Position numbers and translations under genes: made by a program | Part shown: positions 37,942-49,100 of the stretch, piece by piece | How the letters are laid out: the number at the start of each line of letters is the position of its first letter | Numbering within the stretch: the first letter of the stretch is position 1 | From: an uncultured Gammaproteobacteria bacterium | GTDB lineage: Bacteria; Pseudomonadota; Gammaproteobacteria; Steroidobacterales; JBCCMA01 | Assembly (NCBI GenBank): GCA_964639265.1 | Contig: CAZXCL010000011.1 | Span: forward strand, 9,362 to 73,361 | Length of the DNA stretch: 64,000 nt | Reading direction: 5' to 3' | The notes under the pieces: generated by a model | What the model was told of the DNA's origin: nothing | Database searches by the model: none | What the model saw: only the letters and a program-made list of their open reading frames with translations

Positions 37942-39498
37942 CTACGGGCAACCAAGCCCTACCGCAGAAGGACCGGGTGCGGCAAAAAACGCAGCGCGCA
38001 TCGCCCCGAGATCCACGAAGTTCACGACACCGTCACCATTAAAGTCTGCCAAGGTATCCGGGGTGAAAAACACCGATCGCAGAATGCCAAGATCCACAAA
38101 ATTGACGACGCAGTCGTTATTCAGATCCGCATCGCAGGCATTACCAAAGCCGTCGCCGTCAACGTCGATCTGCGCCGGATTAGGAGCGAACGTGCAATTG
38201 TCGACGTCGTCCCCAATGGAGTCATCATCACTGTCGGTGATCGAACCCCCGCCCGGTCCGGCGTATACGTATACCGCACCGGCACCGTTGCCCGGTGCTC
38301 CCAGCGCTATGTGATCTTCGGTCGCCGCCACCGAGAAACCCAGGCTATCGGTGTCCTCGCCATCGCTGGCGGTATACGACTCGATCAGCCCCCAGTTAAA
38401 AAGACCACCGGTATCTTTTTCGAAGGCATGCGCCTCACCCTGTCGATTGAGCCGCCCTGCCGCACCGGCGACGACCGTGGTACCCACCAGCGCCAGCGAC
38501 TGACCGAAGAAGGCGGTACTTTCGAGCACGGGCGTGTCCACGGACGTTACCTCTGTCCAGTCGCCGGGCGTGCCGGTTGCGTTATCAAAAAGGTAAACGC
38601 GGCCGGTGCCCGAAAGCTGATCGGTGCCGTAGTTCCACGAGCCTACCGCAATCGTATTGCCCTCAATATCTATGCCGCGGCCAAAGCGCGCACTGCCACG
38701 CGTAGCCGTCGCGTAGATGCGATTGGTCTGTCCCCACTGATCCGCACCACCTTCGTCACGGTGATAGACGTAGAAGCCGCCTTCGTTATTGAACTGCTGC
38801 TGGTCGAGGAAACTCGCCCCGACCACTGCCGTGTCGCCATCAATGGCAACGGCCACACCAAAGTTGGCGTTGTTGTCGAACACATCATCAACAAGCAGCT
38901 TGACCTCCCCCCAATTGTCGGCGCCACCGGCGTCGCGATCGTAGATAAACGCAAGCCCGCCCGTGCTGCCCGTGCCACCTTTCTGCGACCCAACAATGAT
39001 GCTGTCTCCGCTGATATCGACGGCGGTGCCGTATTCAGCGATGTTGCCAATCTGCGTGGTAGCGGTGAGCTTCTTTACCAGCGACCAGCTAGTTGTGTCG
39101 CCGGGAGCATGACGAAACACATACGCCGCACCCTGTGATGAATTCGGCCCGACGGGCGAGCCCTTTGCGCCTATAACTGCTGTATCGCTTTCAAGCGCGA
39201 CAGCAAAACCAAACTGATCAAATTCGACGCCGTCTGGCGCCGTAATCTTGGCGACCTGAGCCCAGTCACCGTTCGGATCCACCTCAAACACGTAGGCCGC
39301 GCCTTCGGTCTCGTTCGCGCCGATATCGGCGAACGAGGCGCCCGCAATGAGCAGATCGCCTGACACCGCAACAGAATCTCCGAGCCCATCCCCCGCAATA
39401 CCGTCGTCAGCGCTCAGCATAACCAGCTCATCGACTGCGTGCGCCGACAGCGAAAGAAAAAGACAAACAGACACAAACGCGGAAGCAAAACTTCGCAT
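37942..39498 (-). CDS. secreted FG-GAP repeat protein with C-terminal calcium-binding (thrombospondin type 3 / dockerin-like) repeats
   Basis: Signal peptide MRSFASAFVSVCLFLSLSAHA. Repeated FG…GD…DG motifs (FGFAVAL, FGVAVAIDGD). C-terminal DVDGDGFGNACD and NGDGVVNFVDL repeats. Confidence 0.75.
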   Translation of the reverse strand: MRSFASAFVSVCLFLSLSAHAVDELVMLSADDGIAGDGLGDSVAVSGDLLIAGASFADIGANETEGAAYVFEVDPNGDWAQVAKITAPDGVEFDQFGFAVALESDTAVIGAKGSPVGPNSSQGAAYVFRHAPGDTTSWSLVKKLTATTQIGNIAEYGTAVDISGDSIIVGSQKGGTGSTGGLAFIYDRDAGGADNWGEVKLLVDDVFDNNANFGVAVAIDGDTAVVGASFLDQQQFNNEGGFYVYHRDEGGADQWGQTNRIYATATRGSARFGRGIDIEGNTIAVGSWNYGTDQLSGTGRVYLFDNATGTPGDWTEVTSVDTPVLESTAFFGQSLALVGTTVVAGAAGRLNRQGEAHAFEKDTGGLFNWGLIESYTASDGEDTDSLGFSVAATEDHIALGAPGNGAGAVYVYAGPGGGSITDSDDDSIGDDVDNCTFAPNPAQIDVDGDGFGNACDADLNNDCVVNFVDLGILRSVFFTPDTLADFNGDGVVNFVDLGAMRAAFFAAPGPSAVGLGCP

Positions 39499-39605
39499 GG
39501 CGGACCTCGGTTTTTGTTGTGTTATATCGGGGCGCAGTGACTGCGCTATGTTGTAGAGACTAGCACTATTGAGCCTTTGCCGTCATCGATCTTCGGCTCC
39601 GGGTT

Positions 39606-41576
39606 CTAGCGCAACGTACAAACAAACCTCAGCTCACTCGTCACATACGCGGCGCGCAGCACCGCGCGCACATCCATGCTTTCCGAGGCTTCGTGCAGCA
39701 CGCGTCGTAAAGCGGTCAATCCCGTTGCGTCCAGTCTGCGTTCGATTGAGGCCAATCCCTGCGCGACAGAACCGCTGGCGATAGCAACGATACAATCCGA
39801 TGTATCGGCAAGAATCTGGACCAGCTGATCACTTCCACGTTGGTCGATGACCAGCGGCTTTGCAACCGTTTCTCGCATCCGCGCGATAGCTTTGCTCCAA
39901 CCGCTTTCAACCGGCCAGCGGTCAAAATCAACATTGTGCACGGTTAGCTCATCGCGTCGCTTTTGCAGCACCGCCACCGGCCTGATCACAAGACGCCCGG
40001 CGTCAAGTCGCGCTTCTACGGTGAGTGCCGCGATGCTTCTGCCGAGCTTCCACAGGCGCAGCGCCGATTGATCATCGTCGCCCGGCATTTCAAGTACCAA
40101 TGTCGCCCCTTGTTCGTCCATCACCTCAAAGTGGTAACACTGGCTCATATCGTCGAAACCAAGCTGACCAAACCTGGTTGGCGCAATCAACGCAGGGATT
40201 GGCGTTGTCCGACGGCGAATGCCTACCCCAATGCGATGTTCCAAATCCTGCCTGAGACGCTGCCAGTTCTTGTGTGTCGTCGTCGACGCCAGGACCTCGC
40301 CCGGCTTCAGCGACACCTTCAGCAACTGACTTCCAGCCTGATCATTAGACGAGATCAGGTTGTCATGGGTGATCCGCGGTTCGCTCAGGCGCACGCGGCG
40401 CCCCATGAGACCGCTCAATGCAGCGGCGCCCCATACCGGCGCCTGATAGGCATTGGCAACATCAAACGAAAGATCCGTTCCCGAGCTGCGGCCTTCAAGG
40501 ACGGTGAGCCAACGGCTGTTGGCTGGATCGAGCACGTAGGCGGAAAGACCTCTCGCCCCGGTGTCACTTCGCCAGCGCGCCACCCCGAGCGGCCAGACCT
40601 CGATGGCCGCTTGCGGCTCGTAGCGACGTCGAACCGAACCACCGAGCTGCGCGTCGACCGGCTGCGAGCGCAGCGCCTCCAAAAGTGCGTAAGCGCGAGA
40701 TACATCAAGCAAGAACGAATCAGGCTCAAAATCGATACTGCGCTCGTGTGCGAGTTGCGCCTGCTTTGCCAGAGCGCGCAGTTCGGCAGACAGCCGTGGC
40801 AGGGCCTCGCAGCGAGTGGATATGGCAAGATCCAGCAGCAGATCACGACCGAGCAATGAACGACCTGGCAGCGCCGCCGATACGGCCCGCTCAAGGGTTT
40901 GCTGCGCCAGATCGATAAACCCATGATCAAGACTCTGCGAGACCGCAAGCCCAGATGCGCCCGCGGGCAGCTCTCGCCCTTCTCTTTTGCGCACGAGCAG
41001 TGCAGCCAGCGTAGACAAAAGTCGTTTTTTGGTTTTGAGCCCTTTGTACGCAGCGCCCTTTAATCCTCCGCCTGCGATAAAGGTGACAGAGGCATCCATA
41101 CTGACAAGACGAACGGTGATATTAACGCCTTCATTTTCAAACGCGACGCCCAGATCGTCATCGGCAAGCAAAATCGCTTTGTCCCAATCTGCGCCAGCAA
41201 ATTTCGCGACCTGCTCGTCGGTCAGCGCGCAGATATCGGTCACGGCACTTTGAACGTCCTCGCACTCATTAGCATCTTCCGCTTCATCGGGCTGCGCACG
41301 CAACAGCAGCACCGCGTGGAGAATATGCCGACAAACACCGTGCGCTTTACAAGTGCAGGACGACGCCTCAGGACCCTTTGCATTGAGCTCGACCGACAGA
41401 TCATCGATCGCAACCGTTGCCTTGGCATCGTCCATCGCCTCGATCTTGCCCGCTCCGCTTTCAAGATCGCGCCGCGCACGTCGCAGCAGGCCTTTTGAGC
41501 TCAGAGCCTCAAGCGCCGCCTCATCAAAACGGTGAATCATCGACGTCAGACTCACCGCATGATCCCCGCGAGCCAC
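39606..41576 (-). CDS. SWIM zinc-finger domain protein (YehQ-like)
   Basis: CTCKAHGVCRHILH, a CxC…CxH SWIM signature, near the N-terminus. 656 aa. The alternative start at MIHRF (41540) would remove the 25-nt overlap with the upstream VWA gene. Confidence 0.7.
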   Translation of the reverse strand: MARGDHAVSLTSMIHRFDEAALEALSSKGLLRRARRDLESGAGKIEAMDDAKATVAIDDLSVELNAKGPEASSCTCKAHGVCRHILHAVLLLRAQPDEAEDANECEDVQSAVTDICALTDEQVAKFAGADWDKAILLADDDLGVAFENEGVNITVRLVSMDASVTFIAGGGLKGAAYKGLKTKKRLLSTLAALLVRKREGRELPAGASGLAVSQSLDHGFIDLAQQTLERAVSAALPGRSLLGRDLLLDLAISTRCEALPRLSAELRALAKQAQLAHERSIDFEPDSFLLDVSRAYALLEALRSQPVDAQLGGSVRRRYEPQAAIEVWPLGVARWRSDTGARGLSAYVLDPANSRWLTVLEGRSSGTDLSFDVANAYQAPVWGAAALSGLMGRRVRLSEPRITHDNLISSNDQAGSQLLKVSLKPGEVLASTTTHKNWQRLRQDLEHRIGVGIRRRTTPIPALIAPTRFGQLGFDDMSQCYHFEVMDEQGATLVLEMPGDDDQSALRLWKLGRSIAALTVEARLDAGRLVIRPVAVLQKRRDELTVHNVDFDRWPVESGWSKAIARMRETVAKPLVIDQRGSDQLVQILADTSDCIVAIASGSVAQGLASIERRLDATGLTALRRVLHEASESMDVRAVLRAAYVTSELRFVCTLR

Positions 41577-42667
41577 TGTGCAAACTGATCGGGTGTCATG
41601 GCACCTATCTTCATACCAAGATCGGCAAGTCGGCCCGCAATCATCTCATCGAACACCGGCTCGCCGGAATCGTGCAGCGCGGCCAGACCAATTAGTTTGA
41701 CGCGCTGTTCTGCCAAGCGCGCCACCGAAGCATAGAGCGGTCGCGGCGGCGCCCCTTCGCCAAAATCGCTGATCAGCGCGAGCACCGTTCGATCGGCATC
41801 CTCAACCAGACCTTCGCAGTAGGTCATGGCGCGACCGATATCGGTACCCCCGCCCAACTGAACCGACAGCAACGTCTCAAGCGGATCAGCAAGCCGGTCT
41901 GACACATCCAGCACCGAGGTATCAAACAGCACCATGCTTACGCTAATCCCGGGCAAACCTGAAAGAATGGCCGCCATGACCGCCGCGTGGATCATGCTGT
42001 CGGTCATCGATCCGGATTGATCCACGCACAGGATGACACGCCACGGAAGATGGCGGCGTTCGCGCGCATTGAAAAACACTCTATCCGGGATGATCCGGTT
42101 TCTGTTCGGATCGTAGTTCTTGAGATTGGCGCGGATGGTGGTTCGCCAGTCGAAGTTTGCGGCCGAGGCAATGTTGGAGCGGCGAAATCGATTTCTGCGT
42201 CCTGAAAAGGCGCGCTGCACGTCGGTGCGCAGTCGCTCCATAATGTCCTTGATTACCCGATCGGCCACTTCGCGCAGTTTGTTCTTTACCTCCGGCTGAG
42301 CCCGTCCCTGGAAACCCAACAGTACTTTGAGCAGATTCTGATTGGGCTCCAGAGCCTCCAGCGTCTTCGGATCATTGAGCAGCTCCGATATGCCGTAACG
42401 ATCCAGAGCATGATCCTGCAGCACTTCGAAGACCGATTCGGGAAACAGGCTTCGTGCCTTACCCAGCCAGTTGACGGCGTTCATCTGCGTCGGATCGAGA
42501 CTCCCCGGACCTCGGCCGCTTTTGACACCACGCTTTTGATATTCACGCGAGTAAAGAAAATCCAGAGCGCGATCAATCTGCGCATCGCGGCCACCAGGCG
42601 AGCCAAGATTGGTGTTGGCGTATCGACCAAGCGCAAGCCGCCATCGTCGCTTCGGGATATCGCTCAC
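41552..42667 (-). CDS. VWA (von Willebrand factor A) domain protein (YehP-like)
   Basis: MIDAS motif ILCVDQSGSMTDS with downstream T and D residues. 371 aa. Start overlaps the upstream gene's stop. Confidence 0.8.
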   Translation of the reverse strand: MSDIPKRRWRLALGRYANTNLGSPGGRDAQIDRALDFLYSREYQKRGVKSGRGPGSLDPTQMNAVNWLGKARSLFPESVFEVLQDHALDRYGISELLNDPKTLEALEPNQNLLKVLLGFQGRAQPEVKNKLREVADRVIKDIMERLRTDVQRAFSGRRNRFRRSNIASAANFDWRTTIRANLKNYDPNRNRIIPDRVFFNARERRHLPWRVILCVDQSGSMTDSMIHAAVMAAILSGLPGISVSMVLFDTSVLDVSDRLADPLETLLSVQLGGGTDIGRAMTYCEGLVEDADRTVLALISDFGEGAPPRPLYASVARLAEQRVKLIGLAALHDSGEPVFDEMIAGRLADLGMKIGAMTPDQFAQWLAGIMR

Positions 42668-45060
42668 GGGCGCTCCTCAAGCCAGGCATCGAGGCCGTCT
42701 GACGACAGCGACTCGCCAAGCGCCTGCTCCATGGCAATGCCGCGTTCAAGGTCGTGCTCCGAAATAGCCGTGTGCCTGTCCATAAACTCAGCGGCCTGAC
42801 CGCCGTGAAGTCGCGCCAGCGATCCTGCCACCCGGTCCGCCTCGCGTGGATTTAATGAGGTAAACGCCAGTCGAATATGCGGCAGCAACGCCAGAAAGGC
42901 CTCGTCGCCAAGCTCACAAACAAGTCGGTCTGCCTCCTTCAATACCCTATCGCTGCGCCAGAGAATCTCGGGCATGGTAAAAAGCACGCCGCGCAGTACG
43001 CCAATACGATCTTTCTCATTGTCCACCGTGCCAAGGAAACTGCCTGACAATGCCCTGCAAATGTCTTCGTCGTTTTTCAGTTTGGCGTGTAAAGCGATGG
43101 CCAGAACACAACCGAGGATTTCAGGCGGCGGGCCACTGTCTGCTACGCGACTCACGGCCTCATGAAACACGGCGGCATCGAGCTGCTCTGACCCAGGCGA
43201 ACGCAGCAACTCCATCATCAATCGCAATGCTTCAATCCGGTCCTGAATCGCCTCTTCCGGCGTTTTCGGAAGATCGTCGCACAGATAGACAAGGCGCCGA
43301 TACGCCGCCTCGCGAACCTGATTCAAAGACAGTTCGGGCGAGATTTGCAGCGGCCCGGTGGCACCGGCGATGTTGTGCAGGCGTCGCAACGTATTTGCTA
43401 CAGCACTAAAGTCGCCGTGCGACTGAACATCAGTAGCGAGCTCGTCCAGAAACGGGACCAGAGCCGTGTCGAGCCCGGCCAAAACGCCGCGCACGAAAAG
43501 CTCTGCCATGGCGGCAATGTCCTGACTGTGTCCCGAAGTTTTAATCTGCTGTTTGCGCTCGCCAAGCACGCCCACGCACGCGCTGATCACACTGTCACCA
43601 TGGGTAGCAATCTCGATGAGCCGCCCCTCAACGGTCGGCGACCACGCGTAGCTCCACTCTTCAAACAATCTGTCGGTCGCAACGCCATCAATAAAGTCCG
43701 GACCCATTTGCCGCTCTGCGAACGTCGAATCCACCAATGTCATCGCATGGAAAAAACGGGAGGCCGACAAATGCGCGGGTTTTCTGCGAATGTCGAGCCG
43801 GCGCCGGCGCCTGGAGCCATCACTCACGTCAATCCGCAGGCTCTTGGCGCGCGCACGCGCATCTTCGACAATCGGCGGTGAGCCCGCAGACGCCGGCACA
43901 TCGCCAATTGCCGTGCCGCGCAAATAGTCGAGAAGTCTCTGGGTCCAAACCTCGCGGACTCCCACTTCGCCTTTCACCAGTGCCGTGCGCACCGCATCGA
44001 TCAGATCGTAGCGCGCCGCGCCGCGCCGTCCGCGCATGGCCGCCAACGCCTCGGCCACACGCAGCGCCTCGACCTGCGCCGGCACGCTAATGCCGTGACC
44101 GTCATCGCGAAGCCTGCGACCAAAATCGGACAAAAGCTCCAGCGCGGTCTCGCGCCACTGGGGCGCGCCGTCCGCGCCCACAGCTTTTGTCCACAGATAA
44201 TCGTAATATCCCGGCTGAGGCAGTCCGGCGCCATAGCCGCTGAGCGCATCGAGCGCCTCGAAGCCGTAGCGGATCAGATAGGAATGAGACGCGCCGACGG
44301 CGCCGGGCTTTTTCGGGCGGCTGCGCGTCTCCCGCGTATCCACCAACGCCGGCGTATGAAACCCGCCGGTCACCACGACCACAGGACCATCGCCGGCAAG
44401 CGCCTGCGAAATGGCAGCCGCCATATGAGCCTCGCGAGCCAGATCTCCATTGGTCTCGATCACGGACTGGGTGGTGGACTCACGTAGCGCGGCGCAGTAG
44501 ACCGCGACCTCACCAAGAAACGCCCGCCAGTCCGATGCACCGAGCTGCGATTCAAACAAGTGATCCCAAAGTTCAAATCCGTTTCTGCACCCGGTCTCGC
44601 GACACATGGCGGCAATGAAATCGCCTGAGTCAAAGTATTGCTCGTCGTCGATCACGACCATCTCGTCTTCATCGCGAGACGCCAGCATCGCCTTGTCGGC
44701 GGACGGCAGGTCAATGAACCGCAGCGTTGCTTTGATCGCCTGACCTTCGACAAGGGCAACGTATTCGGGTGAGTGGGAGCAAAACGGATAGTACGCCGCC
44801 AGTCTTGACTGTTTGTCGCGATCGACAAACACCGCAAGCGCAACGGGTGGCACGGTATCTTTGGCCAACAGCAGCTTAACGTGCTTGTGCAAATCCACCG
44901 GCGCCTCGATCAGTATCTGGCGCGGTTTCACCTCGCGGATAAGCTGACGCACGGCCCAGGCGCAGGCCGGCGAATGGTGGCGAATGGGCGCGAAGTAGAC
45001 ACCACGATCATCCTGATTCAGACGATCGCGAATCGATGTCAGGCGTGAGGCATCATCCAT
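42664..45060 (-). CDS. large uncharacterised protein, DUF5682/YehM-like (assignment by size and position, tentative)
   Basis: 798 aa with no catalytic motif recognised. Sandwiched with overlapping stops and starts between the MoxR ATPase and VWA genes, as in the E. coli yehLMPQ arrangement recalled from memory. Confidence 0.55.
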   Translation of the reverse strand: MDDASRLTSIRDRLNQDDRGVYFAPIRHHSPACAWAVRQLIREVKPRQILIEAPVDLHKHVKLLLAKDTVPPVALAVFVDRDKQSRLAAYYPFCSHSPEYVALVEGQAIKATLRFIDLPSADKAMLASRDEDEMVVIDDEQYFDSGDFIAAMCRETGCRNGFELWDHLFESQLGASDWRAFLGEVAVYCAALRESTTQSVIETNGDLAREAHMAAAISQALAGDGPVVVVTGGFHTPALVDTRETRSRPKKPGAVGASHSYLIRYGFEALDALSGYGAGLPQPGYYDYLWTKAVGADGAPQWRETALELLSDFGRRLRDDGHGISVPAQVEALRVAEALAAMRGRRGAARYDLIDAVRTALVKGEVGVREVWTQRLLDYLRGTAIGDVPASAGSPPIVEDARARAKSLRIDVSDGSRRRRRLDIRRKPAHLSASRFFHAMTLVDSTFAERQMGPDFIDGVATDRLFEEWSYAWSPTVEGRLIEIATHGDSVISACVGVLGERKQQIKTSGHSQDIAAMAELFVRGVLAGLDTALVPFLDELATDVQSHGDFSAVANTLRRLHNIAGATGPLQISPELSLNQVREAAYRRLVYLCDDLPKTPEEAIQDRIEALRLMMELLRSPGSEQLDAAVFHEAVSRVADSGPPPEILGCVLAIALHAKLKNDEDICRALSGSFLGTVDNEKDRIGVLRGVLFTMPEILWRSDRVLKEADRLVCELGDEAFLALLPHIRLAFTSLNPREADRVAGSLARLHGGQAAEFMDRHTAISEHDLERGIAMEQALGESLSSDGLDAWLEERP

Positions 45061-46147
45061 CGAGATCCTTTTTCGCCGCCTTGTAGAATTCCGACCAGGC
45101 CTTGTTTCGCTTACCTCGGACCTTGGCGATGTGATCTACATACGAGCGAAAGCGCCGCGCATCCTCCGGATCGTCCTTGAAAACAACGCCGCGAATCTGA
45201 CGTGCGATATGCGCCGCAGACACTTTGCTGCCGTCCAGATACTGTGCGTCCAGTGCTGCTGCATGCGCGACGTTCACCGCCTCGGCGGTAGACATCACGC
45301 TATTGGGGGTGGCCACGCTGGCCCCATCTTCGGTCGTCCCCGTACGCAGATCGCGAAACACGTTGACCAGCACCTCGATGACGTTGTCATCGAGACTCGC
45401 TGGCGCGTCGTGCTCGGCCATACGCTCTGCCACCTGCCGCGCCACCAAAGCTTTTTCAAATGCCGGATCGGCGATCGGTTGAACCGTCTCAAAGTTGAAG
45501 CGGCGCTTGAGTGCGCTCGACATATCGTGGACGCCGCGGTCGCGCAGGTTGGCCGTACCGATCACGTTGAACCCCGACGCGGCGCGAACCTCCTCGCCCG
45601 GACCAAGCTCCGGAATCGAGATGGTCTTCTCCGACAAAAGTGAAATCATCGCATCCTGAACTTCGGGCGCACACCGTGTGAGCTCCTCAAGCCGCGCGAC
45701 CTTGCCACCGCGCATGGCGGTCAGAACGGGGGACGGCACCAACGCTCTTTCACTCGGCCCTTCGGCCAGAAGCAAGGCATAGTTCCAGCCATAGCGAAGA
45801 TGATCTTCAAGGATGCCGGCCGAACCCTGTACCACCAGATTCGAATCGCCGCTGATCGCTGCGGCCAGAAGCTCCGACAACAGCGATTTTGCAGTGCCGG
45901 GTTCACCAACGAGCATCAATCCCTGCTGCCCCATAAGCGAGACGATGCATCGATCGACCAGCGGATCATCGCCAAAAAATTTCTGCGACACATCCAGCTT
46001 CTTGTCGCCGAGAATAAAGCTGCGCACGTGACGTGGCGACAGCTGCCAGCCGCGGGGTTTCGCGTCGTTGTCATCGTCGCGCAGCCGTGCCAGCTCCGCC
46101 GCAAACCTGGTTTCGGCAGGCTGACGCTGTACCTCACTTACATCCAT
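45053..46147 (-). CDS. MoxR-like AAA+ ATPase (AAA_5 family; YehL-like)
   Basis: Walker A LVGEPGTAKS, Walker B GKVARLEE, sensor SSALKRRF. 364 aa. Confidence 0.85.
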   Translation of the reverse strand: MDVSEVQRQPAETRFAAELARLRDDDNDAKPRGWQLSPRHVRSFILGDKKLDVSQKFFGDDPLVDRCIVSLMGQQGLMLVGEPGTAKSLLSELLAAAISGDSNLVVQGSAGILEDHLRYGWNYALLLAEGPSERALVPSPVLTAMRGGKVARLEELTRCAPEVQDAMISLLSEKTISIPELGPGEEVRAASGFNVIGTANLRDRGVHDMSSALKRRFNFETVQPIADPAFEKALVARQVAERMAEHDAPASLDDNVIEVLVNVFRDLRTGTTEDGASVATPNSVMSTAEAVNVAHAAALDAQYLDGSKVSAAHIARQIRGVVFKDDPEDARRFRSYVDHIAKVRGKRNKAWSEFYKAAKKDLDG

Positions 46148-49100
46148 GGCATTTTCTGTTCCCAGTCTTCATCAAAAGCCGCTTTGGCCACCATTGCTCG
46201 ATAATCGTTCCAGCACTCCGACAGCAACACCGGCGGGACGTCTGACAACTTCACCGAGCCGCCCGTTCGCCGGCCGCCAGAGTATCTCTCAAAACCCAAA
46301 GAAATCATTGCCGCGGGGACATTTTCTTCGGGCAGACAGTTGCCGGAAAACTCGATCACCGCGATCAGGCCTGCACTCTGAAAGCCCTTGATGTACTCAT
46401 TAAAGTAGCCCGCGTCCATCGCCTCTCCGCGCTCGTAGCCAAGCTTTGAGGCCGCTCCGCGGATCGTAAAGGTGTCGGTGACCCAGCCCTTGCGATCCTC
46501 AATTGAAACCAGCGATGCCTGCTTGTCATCGAGGGTCAGTAGCGTTCGACCAAACTGAGCAAACAGAGGTTTGACCTCGTAGTCTTTGAGGTGCGTCTGC
46601 CACAACCCGGCGTCGTCTTTACCGATCAGCGCGCCATGCGCCAGTCTGACCTGGGCGAACCTGTCGACCTCCACATCACCGTCATCGGCATCCGTGTAGT
46701 CGCCTTCGGCCGTGGGGCGAAACATGCCGCGGATCTCCCCGTCGTGATCAAGACCAAGCCACACCACCCGCTCGGCCAGCTTGCGCATGACCGGGTGCTC
46801 GCTGATATCGCGCGTCCAGTCGTCGATGGCCCACTGGCGCTCGCTGCATACCGATTCATACATGCGCGCGGACTGCATGGCGACCACCTGCTTGAGTTCG
46901 CGTCTTGACGCCGACAGCTGCTTCTTTGAGCTCTTTGTAATGTCGTCCTGTCCGGCGGGTAGCGACTTGATAACTTTGCCATCGGGATTGCGGATTTCAA
47001 GCGTCAGCGCATCGCCAATCGTGGCCGTGTAGAGCTTCTCATCGAGCCCGCACGGCAGGTGGAGCACACCGTCTTCGTCAAGTCCGGCACTTGGGACCGT
47101 GCGGTCGCCAAGCTCGTCCATGGTCCATGATTTGGCCTCGGCCACTTTCTCAACAAGTGCACCGGCAAACTTCTGCACGCCCTTTTGCTTGAGCCGCGTG
47201 GCTGCAGAGATCACCACCTGCAGCGTCACCGGATCGCCCATGGCAGCAAGCAGTTCGAGTAGCGAACTTGCCTGCGAGGTGCGTGAACCGTGACTTTTGA
47301 GGTACGTGCGCGCGCGATCGGCCGCAACGGCGGTGGGTGCATGTTTGCATAGCGCCAGCAACCCCTTGAACGCTGCGCCACTATTCAAGTAGTTGGCCAT
47401 GAACTCACGCTTCAGGTCGGCAAAAGCACGTTCCTGCGTGTAGTCCTTGTAGTACTTTTTCATGGTCTGGTAGCGTTGGGCCGCATTTTGATTTGCGTGC
47501 GCATTGCCATCTTCTTCAGTTGGCGCAGCCGTGTCGTAGTTGAACCAGGTGTCGAGGACCCACGCTGAGAACGTTTCGGCATCTTCGGGGTTCAGGCGAT
47601 GCATGTAGATGTCGAACAACGCGTTGCCGCCGGGCTGCTTGAGCTTTACCGCCAGGAAGATCCACCACCGCAGAACCTCATCGGGCACCTGACGATTTGA
47701 CCGATAGCGGACGTTGGGCAGATGCTCGAGCTGCATCCAGTGAAGCTTGTCGAATTTCGCTTTTTTGAGACCCGCCTCAGCCTCTTCAAGCAGAGCCTTG
47801 GGTCCGACAAATCCACTCAGGTCCTCGCCCAGAGCTTCCAGCGCGCTCAGAACAGCCGCTCTGGCCACGGGCGATTTTTCTTTTTTCAGGCGCGCCGTCA
47901 GAGTGGGAATTGCCTCCACGTCCTTACGCAGAGCAATCCACTCGGCGGCGCCGGCACGCACGGCCTGACGCGAGTCGCTCAGAAGCCCCAGTACGTGACG
48001 CTCAACGTCAGGCGCATCTGCAAGCATGGCGCGTGCTTCGGCGCGGCCGCTTTTGGTCTCGCCAGTCGCCGCCTCAAGCAACTGACCAAAATAGCGCGCA
48101 GGCGGTTTGGGCAATCGGCTCAGCACGCGCACGGCCCCAACGCGGCTGAGCTTGAAGTCCTTTTGCGGTTTCAGGCCGAAGGCTTCGTCGAGCACATCGA
48201 AGTTCTGAGCGAGGTAGGGCCATAGCGCCACCGTAGGCACGTTGTCCAGATGCGGCTCCATGTAGCTGTAGCCATCCTGGATGACATCGCGCAGGAAGTC
48301 GCCGCGCTGGACCTTGCGCCTGACGTGATTTGCACCGTAGCCAAACCAGGTCTCTGCGCCCATTTGAGTGTCAATCGCCTCAAGGTGACGCATGTCGCCG
48401 TTCGGGCCGCTGATAAACTCGCGCACCGCATCGGTAAACGGACCACCGGAATACGGTGACAGCGCGCTTCTTGCAGTTTGTGAAATAGCAGCCGCCATCT
48501 GCAACGCTCTTCGCTGTGGCAGCTTTGACAAAGCCGAACGCGCCCACACCTTGCCCGGGCCCCAGGTAAGAAACGCGTTGAGCTGTTGCTTGATCTCACG
48601 CTTGGGCGCCTCTGCCGCGTTGAAAAGACTCAAGGCTTGTGACGCAAGGCGATCCTTGACCGGATCGGCCCGATACGAATAGCCCTTCTTCTTGTTCTCT
48701 TCGTTTCTCTTTTCTATACGCTTGTTCTCTTCCTCGATGGCTTTGAGCAGTGCATCGCGATCGGCGCTGCCAAACTTCTCAACGTTCGCATCGGGTAGCG
48801 GGCGCAGCGCGGGAATCTCGACGATTGAGCCGTCGATCGCCTGATACTGGCTGTCACTGTCATTACTCGAGGTGTCGGACTGGGCATGACTCGATACCGT
48901 CAACGCTGTGTCGATCGCCGTTGCGATTCTAGCCGTCTTTTCGTTTTCCCGATGCGCGCGCAATGCCGCCAGCGCGCTGTCGGTGCCCAGTTTTGCAAGC
49001 AGCTCAACCATGCCAGCGCGCATTGTCACATTGCCTTTGGCCAACAGCTCAAGCGCCGTCGGTTCCAGGGTTTTTGTATCGAACGCACTGGTGATCGAGC

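Noticed and set aside
38311-39138. 275-aa plus-strand ORF
   Set aside because: Antisense to the FG-GAP gene. Low-complexity Arg/Ala-rich translation.
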